Assembly: GCF_021869535.1 (NCBI RefSeq)
Contig: NW_026262582.1
Location: 61,318,001 to 61,382,000, forward strand
DNA length: 64,000 bases
Direction of reading: 5' to 3'
Source of the DNA: Mytilus californianus
Taxonomy: Eukaryota
The notes under the pieces were generated by a model. That model was not told the DNA's origin, did not search any database, and saw nothing but the letters and a program-made list of their open reading frames with translations. Positions 1 to 14,634 of the stretch are shown piece after piece (the first letter of the stretch is position 1; the number at the start of each line of letters is the position of its first letter). The position numbers were made by a program, and so were the translations under genes.

Positions 1-1403
1 GCATATAAAAAATACATTATTTTACAGTGTCAGGTTTGCAGTTCTCGAATGCTAATACAAACATGACAAAGTTAAAATGTGTTATCAGGGAAACACTGCC
101 AAATTTTTTTAACTGGTACTTTGAGTTTTCAGGAATGGGATTTTTGAGCACCATCAAAATTAAATAAATTCATAGAGAATGAATTAGATGTTGTAGTAGT
201 CCAATTAAATGTTTCCTTACCAGGAACAATCGCAGTAACACATTTGAAGAGCCAAGTACAATTGTATTAATGGTGTCTTCCCGTGTGGCCTTTAACTAAT
301 TTTCCAAATGAAATGTGTAAAAAGTATTAAGAAGAGACGAACAGTTTACTAAGCCGAGCAAGGAATTGTACTAGATCGCCATGGGATTTTCTTTTCCAAA
401 AAAAAGAGGGAGGAGAAGGGACTAACATTTAGTGTAGGAAAACAGACATCACCTTGAACCTTGACCAACAGGAAAAATTACGAATGACAAACAAACACTT
501 TAAAAGAATTAGCAATACGAATCATATCATAAATAAGCTTACATTTTTTTATGTTCAAACGGCAATGCAGACATGAAATCCGTCATTACTGCTGTTAAGT
601 TTTATTTTTCGACGAGTTCAAATATATTTGTACCATTGCTATTTTGATAGTAGCAGCTTTATATTTAGCACATCGATATTCTTCCTTTAAAAAATAACCA
701 ATGTCAATATATAGTATATGACCATATCTCGAGATACTTTTTGGTTTTTATCTTATTTGTACCATTGCAATTTTGATAGTAGCAGCTTTATATATAGCAC
801 ATCGATATTCTTCATTTGAGAAATAACCAAATATCAATATATAGTATATGACCATATCTCAAGATAATTTTTGATTTTTATCTTTTTTTATAACACGTTA
901 ACATGGTATTCATTTCATTTAGTACGAAATTAAGACCATAGTTCAGAGTATTAACTAATCCAACTTTAATTCTAAGATGTAGAATAAAAAATGCTTTGGG
1001 GAAATGGAAAGCTGAAATGGAAAATAGAACAGAAAAATTTCGTCTTTAATTTACTTATTTTGAAGGAATAGAAGAAAATAATAATACAATTATAAATCAT
1101 AAAAAGAAAAGTAGATATCTTATTAATATTTCAATACTATTTTGAAATGAAACAAATCAATGTATGACGATGACATGCCATTTACATATGATTTAGTGAA
1201 CATTCCCTTTATGGCTATTATTTCTGGCATAAGGGATCAACAAGGTTGTAAAAATTATCCCCATCATATGATCGAAGAATAGGACTTCAGCAGATAAATC
1301 GACTATTATCGACAATAATAACTGGTTTTACAGATATAATTTTCAAGTAATGCCTCTCATGTAAATACAGAGTAACCATACATTGTCTCCGAATACAACC
1401 TTA

Positions 1404-1560
1404 AAAGAGAGGCGAAAGATACCAAAGGGATATTCAAACTCATAAGTCGATATTAAATTGACAACACCATTACTAAAAAAGAAAAAGACAAACAGACAAA
1501 CAATAGTACACTAAACACAACATAGAAAACTAAAGACTGAGCAGCACGAACCAAAAACTG
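1404..1560 (-). mobile_element. Solo Naiad family 3 tail. Further copies at about 10765-10815, 11150-11320, 15170-15345, 23670-23850, 49020-49190, 53890-54055, 60092-60200 (+) and 62650-62745
   Basis: Shared motif gataccaaagggatattcaaactcataagtcg..aaactgacaa..catagaaaactaaagactgag, homologous to the 3' UTR of 42846-44602. Confidence 0.75.
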
Positions 1561-1831
1561 GATTAACAGAGTGACAGAAGTGACAGTTACCAGTTAATCA
1601 TTCAGTTTGAGCAAAAGTGTGATTATTTTAGGTCCATTTGAAATTTAGCTCATAACGTGTCTGCGTGTTTATAAATCCTTGGCTTTCAAATGTTTTAGGT
1701 TTGAGAATTCCTTATCTATGTTATTAATTTGATTATTAGATACATAAATGATATATCAAAATTTGCATTACCTTGACCCCTAGCCTAAATAAGCTTACAT
1801 TTTTACATATTCTAACGGCAATACAGACATG

Positions 1832-3748
1832 TATGCTAGATACACTTACTGGAAATGTGAAGATATGATTGGAGCTTTAAATTTTCTCCTGGACAACATA
1901 TATGTACGTTTCGGCGATAAAGTGTATCGACAGGTAGTAGGTATTCCTATGGGCACTAACTGCGCCCCTTTAATAGCAGATTTATTCCTGTATTGCGAAG
2001 AATCTCAGTTCATGACCAAACTCAGTAAAGACACGTCATTGTTACATTTGGTTGGTAAATTCAACAATACCTTCCATTATCTAGATGATATTTTTTTCGT
2101 TAAATAATCTAGAGTTCTCTAAATATACTACCGAAATTTACCCAAAAGCACTTACTTTAACTAAATCTAACATAAACATGATAAACAGCAGTAGATGTCC
2201 TTTTCTAGATTTGGTCATTTCAATCTCTAAAGGAAAACTCCATACTAAAATTTACGACAAAAGAGACGACTTTTCATTCCCTATTGTTAATTTTTCCTTT
2301 TTTAGACGGCGATGTTACTTTGGCTCCATCATACGGTGTTTATATATCCCAACTCGTTCGTTATGCCCGTGTGTGTAGTTACATATATACAAAGTTTTGA
2401 TTAGTAAATTTGGCTGTACCTGTAGAAAACTGATTAAAAACGGTATTTCACATCCTAAATTTTACGGTAATATTGTGCTTAAAGCGCGGAAATCACTATG
2501 TGATCCGTGTAAACTCATCGAACCTTTAAACAAACTTATTAGTAAAGGTTATCTTACCAATGTTGTAATTAGATCTTTGGATATAGTTTACATTGGCACT
2601 AATATCGATTTTGTCATCAGCAATTTAAAAGATAACTAAATTTGTATTCTTTTCAAACGGGATGTATAAAGACACACCCACGTTCATTTTGATCTATAAA
2701 GAGGTTAACTTCTAACTATCCTACTTCCTGTCGATACATTTATTTTTGGCATTGCACAATCATGTCTTCTTTGACTGTCCATGACGTTAAAATACTAAAT
2801 CCCTGGGATGTGTTTTAGTTGATTTTAGTCTCTGATGCATGATTTTTTATTATTAATTGTTTTTGGCTTTCAACTAGCTGTCAGTAACTGCGAGTACTCT
2901 CAAATCGTACTTTCTTGTTTATGTGACCTGTTGTTACTAATTGTAATGCTTTTTTTGTTATTTAATGTTATTCAGGGTTATATCTGGTCTATATACCAGC
3001 TTTGATGAGTGTTTGGTATTACTATAAATTTTCACTTCTTCGTACTATGAACATCAAAATTATTTATTTTGTAAAAATATTTCCTTTCTCCATTTTAACT
3101 GATATCGTATACCTAACAACAAAATTATTTTCATTTACCTGTGTTTTAAGTAATTGCAAATGGCTGATATTTTTGTTCAAACATATTGTTTTTCTTAAAT
3201 TGTTTAACATTTCACAGCGGTATAACATGTTACTTTAATTATTCTTCCCTAAGTTCATTTATTTTGTATTTACATTGTATCATAGATCAAATTTATTTTT
3301 TCAGTGTATGTTCACTGGTGTTAATATGTCTTTTGATTGAGTTAAACCATTTCAATCGATATTTTATAGTGTGTCTTTCTATGTTGTGATGCTACACTAT
3401 TGTTTCAGATAAGGGTGAAGGTTTGGTACCATTAAAACGTTAAAACCCGCTACAATTGTTTGCACCTGTCCTAAGTCAGGAATCTGATGTTCAGTAGTTG
3501 TCGTTTGTTGATGTGGTTCATAAGTGTTTCTCGTTTCTCTTTTTTTTATATAGATTAGACCGTTGGTTTTCCCGTTTGAATGGTTTTACACTAGTAATTT
3601 TTGGGGCCCTTTATAGCTTGCTGTTCGGTGTGAGCCAAGGCTCCGTGTTTAAGACCTTACTTTGACCTATACTGGTTTACTTTTATAAATTTTGACTCGG
3701 ATGGAGAGTTGTCTCATTGGCACTCATACCACATCTTCTTATATCTAT
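1832..3748 (+). mobile_element. 5'-truncated Penelope-like (Naiad-type, family 1) retroelement: RT C-terminal half plus 3' UTR, frameshifted
   Basis: RT motifs GIPMGTNCAPLIADLFLY, YLDD and KIYDKRDDFSFPIVNF. The RT runs to the ORF end with no downstream endonuclease. The 3' end is ggcactcataccacatcttcttatatctat. It is inserted into U-unit sequence cagacatg|atggcc. Confidence 0.88.
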
Positions 3749-6700
3749 ATGATGGCCTGCATTATTGCACTTAAGATTTATTTTTCGATAAGTTCAAATT
3801 TACTTTTACTATTGCTAATTTCTAAATAAGCTTACATTTTTACATATTCAAACAACAATACAGACATGCTGGCCTGCAATACAGTTTTTAAGTTATATTT
3901 TTCGACAAGTACTAATTTATTTGTACTTTTGCTATTTTGATATTCCTAAATTCTATAGTTAATTTCTTTTAACACTTAGCATAAACCGCTACTGATAAAG
4001 GTTTCATTTAAAAAATAACCAAATGTCAATATATAGCATCTAACCATATCTAGAGATAATATGTATTCTTATCCTTTTTTTGTCGAGGTGTTAACACAGT
4101 CTTCGCTTCATTTAGCAAGATATCAAGACCAAATTTCAGATTATTAACACTTCCCACTTTAATTTTAAGATTTAGAGTAATTTATTTTTTTCATTGGTGA
4201 AATAGAAAGTTCAAATGGAAAATAGATGAGAAAAATTCCATCTTTAACTTACTCTATTGAAACGGAATACAAAATAATAATTATATAAAAAAAACATGAA
4301 AAGTAGACTTGTATGATATTTCCCGCATGAGAGATGAACATGGTTCTATAAATTATCCCCGACATTAAAATTCAGGAAATTAACAGATATTATGGTTAAC
4401 ATCAATTTCAAGTGGCTCTAAAAATACGATTTTCATGTAAATACAAAATAACCTTACATTGTCTCGGAATATAACCTAGAATTATCCTGGAATGACAGAT
4501 GCCGGTTAATCATGCAAAATGATTGGTTATATGATCGCATATACCCTGTGAACAGAAAAGAAGATCAAAAAGTGCTGAAATCAGGTATGGAATACTATAT
4601 TTGGTTATACCCTTTTTACTGCAACGGTCAAAACAAAAAGTCTAGATGACAATTGTGCATTTTATTAGATCCTTTTGAAATATAGCTCATAGCCTGTCTG
4701 CGTGTCTGTGTATTTATAAATCATTGGATTTCAAATGTTTAGGTTGGAACGTTCTTTATCAATGTAATTGATATGGTTATTAAATACATAAATGATATTT
4801 CAAAATTTGTATAACCTTGACCCCTTGTCCAAAAAAGGCTTACAGTTTTACATATTCAAACGGCAATACAGATATGATGGCCTGCATTATTGCACTTCAG
4901 TTTTATTTTTCGACAAGTTCAAATTTATATTTACTATTGCTAATTTCATATTCATAAATAATAAAATCAGTTTATTTAACACATCCCACTTTAATTTTGA
5001 GATCTAGAGTAAATTGTATTGTTGGTGAAATAAGAATTTTAAATGGAAAATAGAAGAGAAAAATTCCAGCTTAAACTTACTTTATCGAAACGGAATAAAA
5101 GAAAACAATATTATAAAAATTAATAATAAAATGAAGAGTTAACATTAGTTGATATTTCAATACTATTTTGAAATGAATCAAATCAATTTATGACGAAGAC
5201 CTGACATTTAGTAAATTTCCCTTTACGTCTGCTATGTCCGACATGAGAGATCAACATGGTTATAAAAAAATTCCCTGCAATGTGAGCAAGAACAGGAAAT
5301 TAGCAAATAATACGGCTAACGTCAACATCAAATGTCTTTAAATATACTGTTTTCCATATAAGCCGCTCATGTAAATACAGAATAATCAAACATTATCTCG
5401 GATTATAAACCAAAATTATCATAGAGTGACAGATCCCGATTAATCATGCAATTTGATTGGATGTATGAGCGCATCTACCCTTAGAATAGAAACTAAGAAG
5501 TACTGAAATCAGGTATGCTATACAATATAAAAATATCTCCTTTTACTGCAACGCTCAAGACAAAATAGTTTAGATGAAAATTTGGAATATAGCTCATAGT
5601 GTGTGCGTATTTATAAATCCTTGGCTTTCAAATGTTAAGGTTTGAGCGATCGTTATCAATGTAATTGATGTGATTATTTGATACATAAATGATATTTCAA
5701 AATTAATATAACCTTGCCCCTTGTCCAAATAATCTTACATTTTGACACACTCAAACGGGAATACAGACATGATGGCCTGCGTTACCGCTGCTAAGTTATA
5801 TTTTTTTTTCGACAAGTTCAAATCTATTTGTACTATTGCTATTTTGATATTCATAAATTGTGATGCGTCGGATAGAAATCGACCTTATGCAAATGAATAT
5901 CAATATATCTGTTAACCTTTTTCGGGTTGAAAAAAATTCTATGGAAAGTCTGTAACTGTTTGAAAATTGAGCTTTTATAAGAAAATCTACAAAACAGACC
6001 AAATTTATCTTTTATTTCGTATTTGAATGTTCTAAAATCAATCAAAGTCTTAAATATGTACATGTATACATGCACTTGCATAAGGTCGATTTCTATCCAA
6101 CGCAGCTCAATTATATGGTCAATTTATTTTAGCCGCTTGATATTTACTACTACTAATTATGCTTTCATTTTAGAAATAACTAAATGTCAACATATAGCAT
6201 ATAACCATATCTGGAAATATAAGATATTCTTATCTTTTTTTTTTGTAATGTTTTGTACGGTTTTTGCTTCATTTAGCATGATATTCAGACAATAGTTCAG
6301 ATTATAAGCAAATCCCACTCCAATTTAAAGATTTAGAGTAAAAATGTTTTGGTGAAGTCGAAAGTTCAAATGGAAAATAAAACAGAAAAATTCGGGCTTT
6401 AACTTACTTTGTTGTAAGGGAATACAAGAAAATTATATTACAAAAACAAATCATATAATGAAAAGTAGATATTTTGGTGATATTTTAATACTAATTTAAA
6501 TTGAAACAAATCAATATACGACGATAACATGCCATTAAGTGAAAATTCCCTTTACCTCTGCTATTTCCGGCACAAGGGATCAACAAGGTTGTAAAAATTA
6601 TCCCCACCATGTAAGCGAAAACTGAAAAATTAGCAGATAAATCTACTATTAACGTCAATATTAACTGGTTTTAAAAATACGATTTTCAACTTACAAGTGT

Positions 6701-7026
6701 ATGCCTTGCATATAAATTCTGAATGACCATACATTGTGTCCGAATATAACCTTATCTTATACTGGAGTGACCTATCCCGCCTTATCATGCAATTTGTATG
6801 ATTATATGAGTGCATAAACCTTGTGACCAGAAATGAAGATCAGCATCATAATATAGGCTGAAATTAGGCATGCAATACATTATATAAGTATATCCTTTTT
6901 ACTGTAACGCTCAAAACAAACTATGTTAGATGAAAATTGTGATTTTTTTTAGGTCCTTTTCTAACATAGCTCCAAGCGTTTTTACGAATTGAGAAATTTA
7001 TGGCCGTCTAATGTGTAGGTTTGATG

Positions 7027-7067
7027 GGTTTTCTTATGAAGGTTATTAAGAAAAGCTCTTCGGACGC
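7027..7067 (+). ncRNA. Degenerate family B hammerhead; inverted paralogs at about 13944-13985 and 26970-27025
   Basis: CTTATGA-aggttattaa-GAAA-agctct-TC-ggacgc. Confidence 0.45.
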
Positions 7068-7420
7068 ACGAAATTTATCAAATTTTTTGTCAATATGTTT
7101 TCAGCATGAAGCGGACGATGTGAAAATTCGTCGAAAGTATATTCCTACAAGAATACAATTACCCTTCCAGAGCACCGGTTATAAACCTCGGTGTTGGAAG
7201 GGCTCGTTTTGCCAATCATTCGTTTTATATCGTGCTATGTAGACTGTTAGTGTTTTCATCGATTTCGGTTTTTTGTTTTGCAATGATTTTATTTGGCTCT
7301 TCAACCTTCGACCTTCGTATTTTGTTTTTTCTTTTGAAATTTTGCGCCTTTTATCTATGTAATGTTCCAAATAAAAGTCTCATGAAACATGCTATCTACG
7401 TCAACAACAAGGCTTTATAC

Positions 7421-8135
7421 GTAATGTTTTTGTCCATGACTACGCCGGGGTCTAATTAGTATTGAATAAGCTCATTACATTTACCTCACTGCAGGCTGCA
7501 CATGACAAAATTCCTACTCCTTTGATGTTATCATTGCAACCATGTGGTATTGCAGTACCTAGATCCCTTATCCAGAAATGTTCTCTATCTTTTCGGAAAG
7601 GAGTACTTAGTATAGTGCTATTGGTGTGGTGATAAATTTTCTCGATGATGCGTACTTTCGTAGATAAAAAAGGATCATGGTCCGGTTGATTAAAATGGGT
7701 TAAAAGAAGCCTAAATTGCGGATCTTTATTATCACACCGGTGTGTTGATCCATCCTTTTACGCTATGTTTGTCGAGTTGCACCATAATAAAGTATCCCAC
7801 ACAAAGTACAAACCAGAGGCTCAAAAGATTTTGTATAATAAGTTTTTCCTGTTAAGTTACTTGTGAAATCTAGAGAGGTGATTGATATATTACATGTCTT
7901 ACATGTGCTCCTCTTTCCTTTCTTATGTTTACAAGTAGAAATGATTGGAGTTGCTTCACTAGTAGCGGATGTCTTTAAACAGTCGAAAATATTAACGGTA
8001 AATGATTTAAAGTTTTGAAAAGTATCTGAATTTTTAAAGTATTAATTACATGAGTCAAATCAGGGGTATCCCGTGGGTTGTTCCATGGAACACACAAATC
8101 AAATGCTACATTGGTCCGTGTAACAGAAGGCAATT
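7421..8135 (-). mobile_element. N-terminal GIY-YIG endonuclease fragment of Naiad family 2 (duplicate of 20335-21031), cut off at 7421
   Basis: Manual minus-strand translation: CKTC..FTSNLTGKTY..CTLCGILYYGATRQT..HFNQPDH..KVRIIEKIYHHTNS..REHFWIRDLGTAIPHGCNDNIKGVG..SHGQKHY, with stops and frameshifts. Confidence 0.8.
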
Positions 8136-11100
8136 AATAAAGATTGTTGTTTTTTTTTTAAATTAAAGAATATGTTTACATAGATCATGTATATTAGATA
8201 AACAAAGATTGATTATTGTATTTAGAGTTCTTATACCGGGATTATGACATTAACAGGTTTTCAATTTATATGGAATCAAATGTAGTGTTGCATTTTTGAA
8301 ATGCCTCTCTCTGATACACTATAAGTCAGAAACTGGTTTTGTGATAATGCACCAGTTATATGAACGTTTCATCAATTAAATTGTATAAACGGCTGCGTCA
8401 TAGTGAACAATAGTCATAACTGAAGCACATGTATAACTGACGATTTTTTTATATATATATGTGGAAAAAAACTGTTATCAAGCAGAGATGGTCGGCCACA
8501 TTTTATTTCGTTTATTGTTGTTGTATCAATCAGGTCACTGATTTTCTCTTTCTTATTGTTTCACACTTGATATGACATACTGGGCACAACGTAGTCTTTT
8601 TTATGGCTTACTATACGGTATCGGTTTTGTTCATTGATGAAGGCAGGACGGCGACCTGTAATTGTTTGCATACTATTCCTTTGGCGTTTATGAATAGTTG
8701 CCTCGTTGGTTATTATACTATATCTCCTTTCCTGTATAGTGAATTCATTTCACTTTGGTCTGTAAAATGACAGTAGCATTGTGTATATTTCCAAAATACT
8801 GTTTTTTACAGAGAAAGGGAGGCAACTCCAATTTACTACTTTTAGGTGTATTCTTTATATCATGCACTTTAACACAATACGTTATATATAATTCTCTATA
8901 CATGATATTATGTAAGAGTAATCGATAACCACCGATCAAATTCATGACCGCGGGCAAGCACATACACTTGTGCCAGAATTATATGATTGCAGAGATAAAC
9001 GATCCTTTTCTAACAATCAGTGGAAGGACTAAATATTTAGTTTGAATGGCAAAGTAGATAATAAAGAAGAAACATTGATTGATTCAAGTTTGACAGTTGC
9101 TAAGAACATTAACTACAAGAAATAGAAAATTCACATATTGAAAATGGTTTTTTTTACGGTGTAAAAGAAAGTTTTGCAGTGAACATAAAGATAAAATGTG
9201 TCATGAGGGAAACACTGCTAAAGATTTTCCACTGATGATACTTTGAGATTTCAGGAATTGTCTTTTGAACACCATCAAAATCAAATAAAACTTTGAAATG
9301 CGTATACATAAAGATTAAATAAGTTGTTGTATTAGTCCATTGTCTATTCGATACGTTTGCTTTGTTTTTTTGTGTTTCATGTCCTATACAAGGAGTGATT
9401 GGAGTAACGCATCTGGAGAGCCAAGTACACTTGTATGACTGGTGTGTTCCCATGTCGCCTTTAATTAATTTTCCAAATGAAATGTGTAAAAAGTATTTAT
9501 TTAAGACAGTTTAATTTTCGACAAATACATATTTATTTGTAGTATTGCTATTTTGATATTCATAAATTCAATAGTAAATCTATATTTGCTAATTTATATT
9601 TACCACTACTGATAAAGACTTCATTTTAAAAGTAACCAGATGTCAACATATAGTTTATAACCATATCTGGAGATATTTTTTATTTTTATTTTTTTTTTGT
9701 AATGTGTTAACACGGTCGTCGTTTCCTTTAGCAAGAAATTGAGATTAAATTTCACTCTGTCAACAAATCCCAGTTTGATTTTAAGATCTGGAGTAGTTTT
9801 GTTTTTCTGTAAAAATAAAAGTTCAAATGGAAAATAAAAAATAAAATATCCAGCTTTAAAGTCATTTGAAACGAGTTTCCTGTAATTATTATTTAATTGA
9901 AATTGTTGAACCAATGCATGAATGTATATTAAGCTAAAATGCATGTTTATTTACATTAATTACGAATCCATAACGTATTACCGACAAATATTATTTCATT
10001 CAGTGATTGTTGATTGCAAGTTAATTATCTTTCGAGTTTGTTGTCGACGTTTACCGGATCGTGACATTGATTAACAACAGAGAATATGTGGAGCACATGA
10101 AAAATAAGTGAATTTCTACAGCCAAAAAAATTTGTTTTTATGTTTTCCACACGTTCCTATTTTGTGAATTTTACTTTTTCTAAACAGTTGTAAAATGATT
10201 TGATGTATTTAATTTGTTCTTTAAAAATTAGTTCTCACTATTAACCTTCCAGTGTACGTTTGCTTAAATTCTTTTATTACAGTTTTCCGGCCGCTCTTGC
10301 TCTGTGTGGCGACCGAAGTTCTAACGAGAGGTCTCGTAGTTAATATCACTGAATACGGGAAAGTATCGGCGAATTAGAGTACGGGAGGACAATAATTCAA
10401 TAGCAGTTCATTTATGAAGATTTTGATAATATAAAGGATTTTCTTTTACACGAAAGTTCACATACACTTGTTTTAAAGTAAAACTTAGCCATTCAAGTAT
10501 ACAAGACATATTCGGCTTCCTTTTTAGATTTGAAGTTTCATGTGACTTTTACTAACTCTACATGCTCTAATAAAAGGAAAAACAAGAAAATAATAATAAA
10601 AATGATTGCGTGTATCAATGCATGTATTTTCTCTAAATCGTGAAAGTTGTGAAATGTTCTGTTCAAATTAATGATATCCTTTGATTCTATTTTAACTGAA
10701 ATACAAGCAAACTGGAAATCTTTTTTGCTTTATTTATATCATTGATACCGAAAGCAATAACAGATAAGCGAGAGATACCAAAGGGATATTCAAACTCATA
10801 AGTCGCAAAAAAACTGACATTGTTATGGTATAAAGAGAAAAACGACGAAGTTCACGTTCACTTGTTTTAAAGTTAAAATGTACATTCAAGTATATAAGAC
10901 ATATTCAACTTTTATTTTAGATTTGGAGTTTCATGTGACTTTTACTATCTTTTAATTAAAAGGAAAAACAAAACAAGAAAATCATAATAAAAATGATTAT
11001 ATATATCACTGGATGTTTTTTTTTCTTAATCGTGTCAGCTGTGACATGTTATGTTACAAGTATCATTTGAACCTATTTTAACTGAAATACAAGCAAACTG

Positions 11101-12761
11101 GAAATCTTTTTGTTTGATTTGTGTCATTGATACTGAAAAAAATAAAAGAGAAGCGAGAGATACCAAAGGGATATTCAAACTCATAAGTTGCAGAAAAACT
11201 GACAATGATATGGCAAAAACTGAAAAACGACAAATAGACAAATAGGAGCACTCTAAAGACAACATAGAAAACTAAAGACTGAGAAACACGAACACCACCA
11301 AGCACCGAGGGTTATCTCAGCTAGGTGCTTCGGATTTAGTAACTGGTCAATTAAAGTCGGACGGTTAAGATCGAGAGAAAGAACGTACGTCGTATCCATA
11401 TGTTTGCTTCATGAAATTGAATAAGAAATATATGTTCATAGGTTAAAAAGAAAAAAACCAAATCATAGTGTTATGAACCATTTTTTATGGGGGTTATGTA
11501 GACGAAGCATGATTTTGGCAGTTGCATAATCATACTAGGAAAGAGATGAAAAAATTATTTGCAAAATATCTTTTATGAAATTGTTTTGACATGACGAAAT
11601 GTCCATCATTTATATTTAATGCATATCAAAACTATCAGTCAATATGCCAATATCAAAATTGTATACTTTTCCCATCATCTCAAAATGAAATCAATAATCA
11701 AAATATTTGGATATTTATTATTTGCGGAGATTAGTGACAATTAAATAGGCCTTTTCGTTTAGTATTCACAGTATGCCACAAATACACATAATGTTCAATG
11801 AATCAACATTCAAAAACTAATGCAAAGCAGATGAACCTATATCCTCAAAATCAGTTTATTTATCAATTCAATCTTAAATCAACGCTTTTCTAATTATCAG
11901 TTACTATAAGTATTATAAACGGTATAAAAAATAGAGGAATAATATTTTATGGATCAAATTTATACTTGGGAAGTTTAAAATAATTTAAAAGGGGATCACG
12001 TTTGTTTTAAAGTGTACATTTATATCTTATATATAACTTGTGACAGGACAGTATTATTTTGTAAAAAACAAATTATCACTTGTAAGGTACAATCTAAATT
12101 TTAAAGGAGGTCTAATATATAAAGGGCACACCGATACTTATACAATCGTAAATGTGCTTTCAGTCAAGGATTGTCGAAACAGTTTGAATCCATAAAGAGC
12201 AGGAGACACTAAGTCACTGACCTAGAAAGCCTTATTTGTGACGTAGATAGTATGTTCCACGAGTCTTTTATTTTTGTTATGTTAAGTAGATAAGAGGCGC
12301 AAAATATCCCAGGGAGACTCAAAATCAGAAGGTGGAAGTGTGAAGAGCCTAATAAAGTCATTGCCAAATAAAACCGAAACCGACGAAAACAGAAACACTC
12401 CCAAGTGGTTAAAGGACATTTTATTATGTATCTATTTCTATCTTTTAATTTTTATTAAAATCATATTTCGGTTTTGTTTTTTGTTTGTTTGTTTGTTCTA
12501 TTCATGTATTGTTTCTTGTATGAATTTATGTATACCTTAAACATTGTATGTTTAATTATTATGTTTCCTTCTCTGAACCTTTGTTTACTCATTATAGATA
12601 ATAAAGTATCTACCTATCTACAAAGCACTATATAAAAGAATGATTTGCAAAACGAACCCCATCAACACCGCTGTATCCGGTGCTCTGGAAGGGTAAGCTA
12701 GTTCTTGTAGGAATACAGGTTTGTGGAATTTTGACATCGTCCGCTTTATGCTAAAAACATA

Positions 12762-13930
12762 AAAATTAAAATCACAAAAATACTGAACTCCGAGGAAAAT
12801 TAAAAACGGAAAGTCCCTAATCAAACGGCAAAATCAAAAGCTCAAACACATTAAACGAATGGACAATAACTGTCATATTCCTGACTTGGTACAGGCATTT
12901 TCTTATGTAGAAAATGGTGGATTTAACCTGGTTTTAAAGCTAGCTAAACCTCTCACTTGTATGACAGTCGCATAAAATTCCATTATATTGACAACGATGT
13001 GTGAACAAAATAAACAGACATAATAGGTAAAAATGTCAAAAATAGGGGTACAGCAGTCAACATTGTGTTATAATCTTAATCACTATAAAAACAAACAAAT
13101 ATGTAACAAAGAACCACTAAAAGGCATATAGACAAGCACATTAGCAAAAATGAAAGACAAGAATACAAAAAATTACCATGGCACAATAACACAATGACGG
13201 GATGTATAAGTACAGAGCCACGTCATATGTAACAAAGAAACACAAAAAGGATATAGACAAAGCATATTAGCAAAAATCAAAAGACAAGAATACAAAAATT
13301 ATCATAGAACAATAACACAATGACGGGATGCATTAGTACAGAGCCACGTCAAATGGATATCACCAAAAACAGACTAAACAGTAAAAGTAATATTAATAAA
13401 GACAAATAAAAGAATACTATAACACGCTATTAAGATAATAAACAACGTCAGTACCCAGAATCTATACTTCAAGACCATCGTGTATTATTTGTTAAGTTGA
13501 TACGGAATATTTATCAACAAGGTCTTGGTAACTTCCGATGAACTTTTCTAGAAAAAGGACGAGACGTTCTTTGACATACCCCTGGTTCATCAACTTTCTG
13601 CTGGTGACGTTTTTCAAAGTCTGAGAAGGAGCTGCAAGCTCTTGAATACCGAATAAGTTGGGAAATGTATATCCCATATTCAGGTGAAGTTGGTATACTG
13701 CTACTAAGGTGGGGGAAATTGTTAATTTCAAAATCAAAATCGTCTCGTTTGTCATAGATTCTAGTACTGAGATGACCGTGTATGTCAAATTCGAGATATA
13801 AGTCTGAAAATGAGGCGGAGGAAGCCGTGTCTGTTGTTTCTTTAATTTCTAGTTCTGGGGGATATATTAATGGAACCCAATCAGAAAAGTTTAGATTGTT
13901 AATGGAAAGAACATCATCAATATATCTCAC
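12762..13930 (-). mobile_element. Naiad family 2 3' fragment (RT from YIDD onward plus 3' UTR)
   Basis: ORF track 13514-13930: RYIDDVLSINN..IYDKRDDFDF..YISQLIRYSRAC. The 3' UTR carries an internal 126-bp tandem duplication at about 13100-13350. Confidence 0.88.
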
Positions 13931-14634
13931 TTAATACATTTCTTGCGTCCGAAGAGCTTTTCAAAAACTATCAAACCTAAACATTTATACGCCAAGGATT
14001 TATGAATACGTAGAAACGATAGGAGCTATATTTCAAAAAAAGAACCTAATAAAATTCACAGTTTTAATCTTAAATATTTTGTTTTGAGCGTTGCAGTAAA
14101 AAAAATATGTTTATATAGCGTATCGCCTACCTGATTTCAGCACTAATTAAAATGTTGAAATTTATTTCTGTTCACAGGGTATATGTGCTCAACCAATCAA
14201 ATTGCATGATTTTTTGATAAAACAAAAAAGATTTCCCGTTTCTTTGTAGTTATGTTAAAATAGAATCATATCTCTTTATTTGTAACAGAACATTCCACAA
14301 ATTACACGGTTAAGAAAAAATACACGCTTTGAAAAACAAAAAACATTTATTCTTAACTATTTTCATCCTGAAATGTAGCTATAATGTTAAGATGAAACAT
14401 CCGAAACATTTACAATAAGGATATTTATTTTTGTTATAATAAATGATATTTGAATACATACTATATTGCTGAAAATTCTATTTTTCATGGTATTTTTGTG
14501 TTATATCTAAGATTTATTGCTCAAATTGTAGTTTCTCCATAACTTTTTTATCATTATTAAATATATTTAAAGGCAATTAATAAAGACTGTTGTTGTTATA
14601 AAAAAAAGTATATGTAAACATGTTCTTGAATAAA

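Larger units (their letters stand above)
530..7080 (+). repeat. Diverged tandem array of about 0.9-1.3 kb units (U), about 5 units
   Basis: The unit start motif aagcttacattttacatattcaaacggcaatacagacatgatggcc recurs near 535, 1790, 3827, 4837 and 5732, and internal blocks are colinear. Unit 1 has an internal 129-bp duplication (625-885). Confidence 0.85.
7421..14331. repeat. Segmental duplication copy 1 (paralog 20335-27385)
   Basis: Long colinear high-identity match from gtaatgtttttgtccatgactacgccggg (7421/20335) to aatacacgctttga (about 14331/27385). Confidence 0.9.

Noticed and set aside
4440-4592. Exon-like segment in U units ending in CAG|GTATG (..SWNDRCRLIMQNDWLYDRIYP..)
   Set aside because: Most copies have in-frame stops, the frame at the putative donor differs among copies, and no domain is recognisable.
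8745-8963. 72-aa ORF open in three paralogs (also 21655-21873 and about 27750-27990)
   Set aside because: Manual comparison with the diverged copy gave about 5 synonymous versus about 17 nonsynonymous changes plus a stop, which is consistent with neutral drift.
11035-11305. Short ORFs repeated at 15141-15420, 17278-17472, 23598-23829 and 54608-54886
   Set aside because: They are translations of the non-coding Naiad 3' tail.
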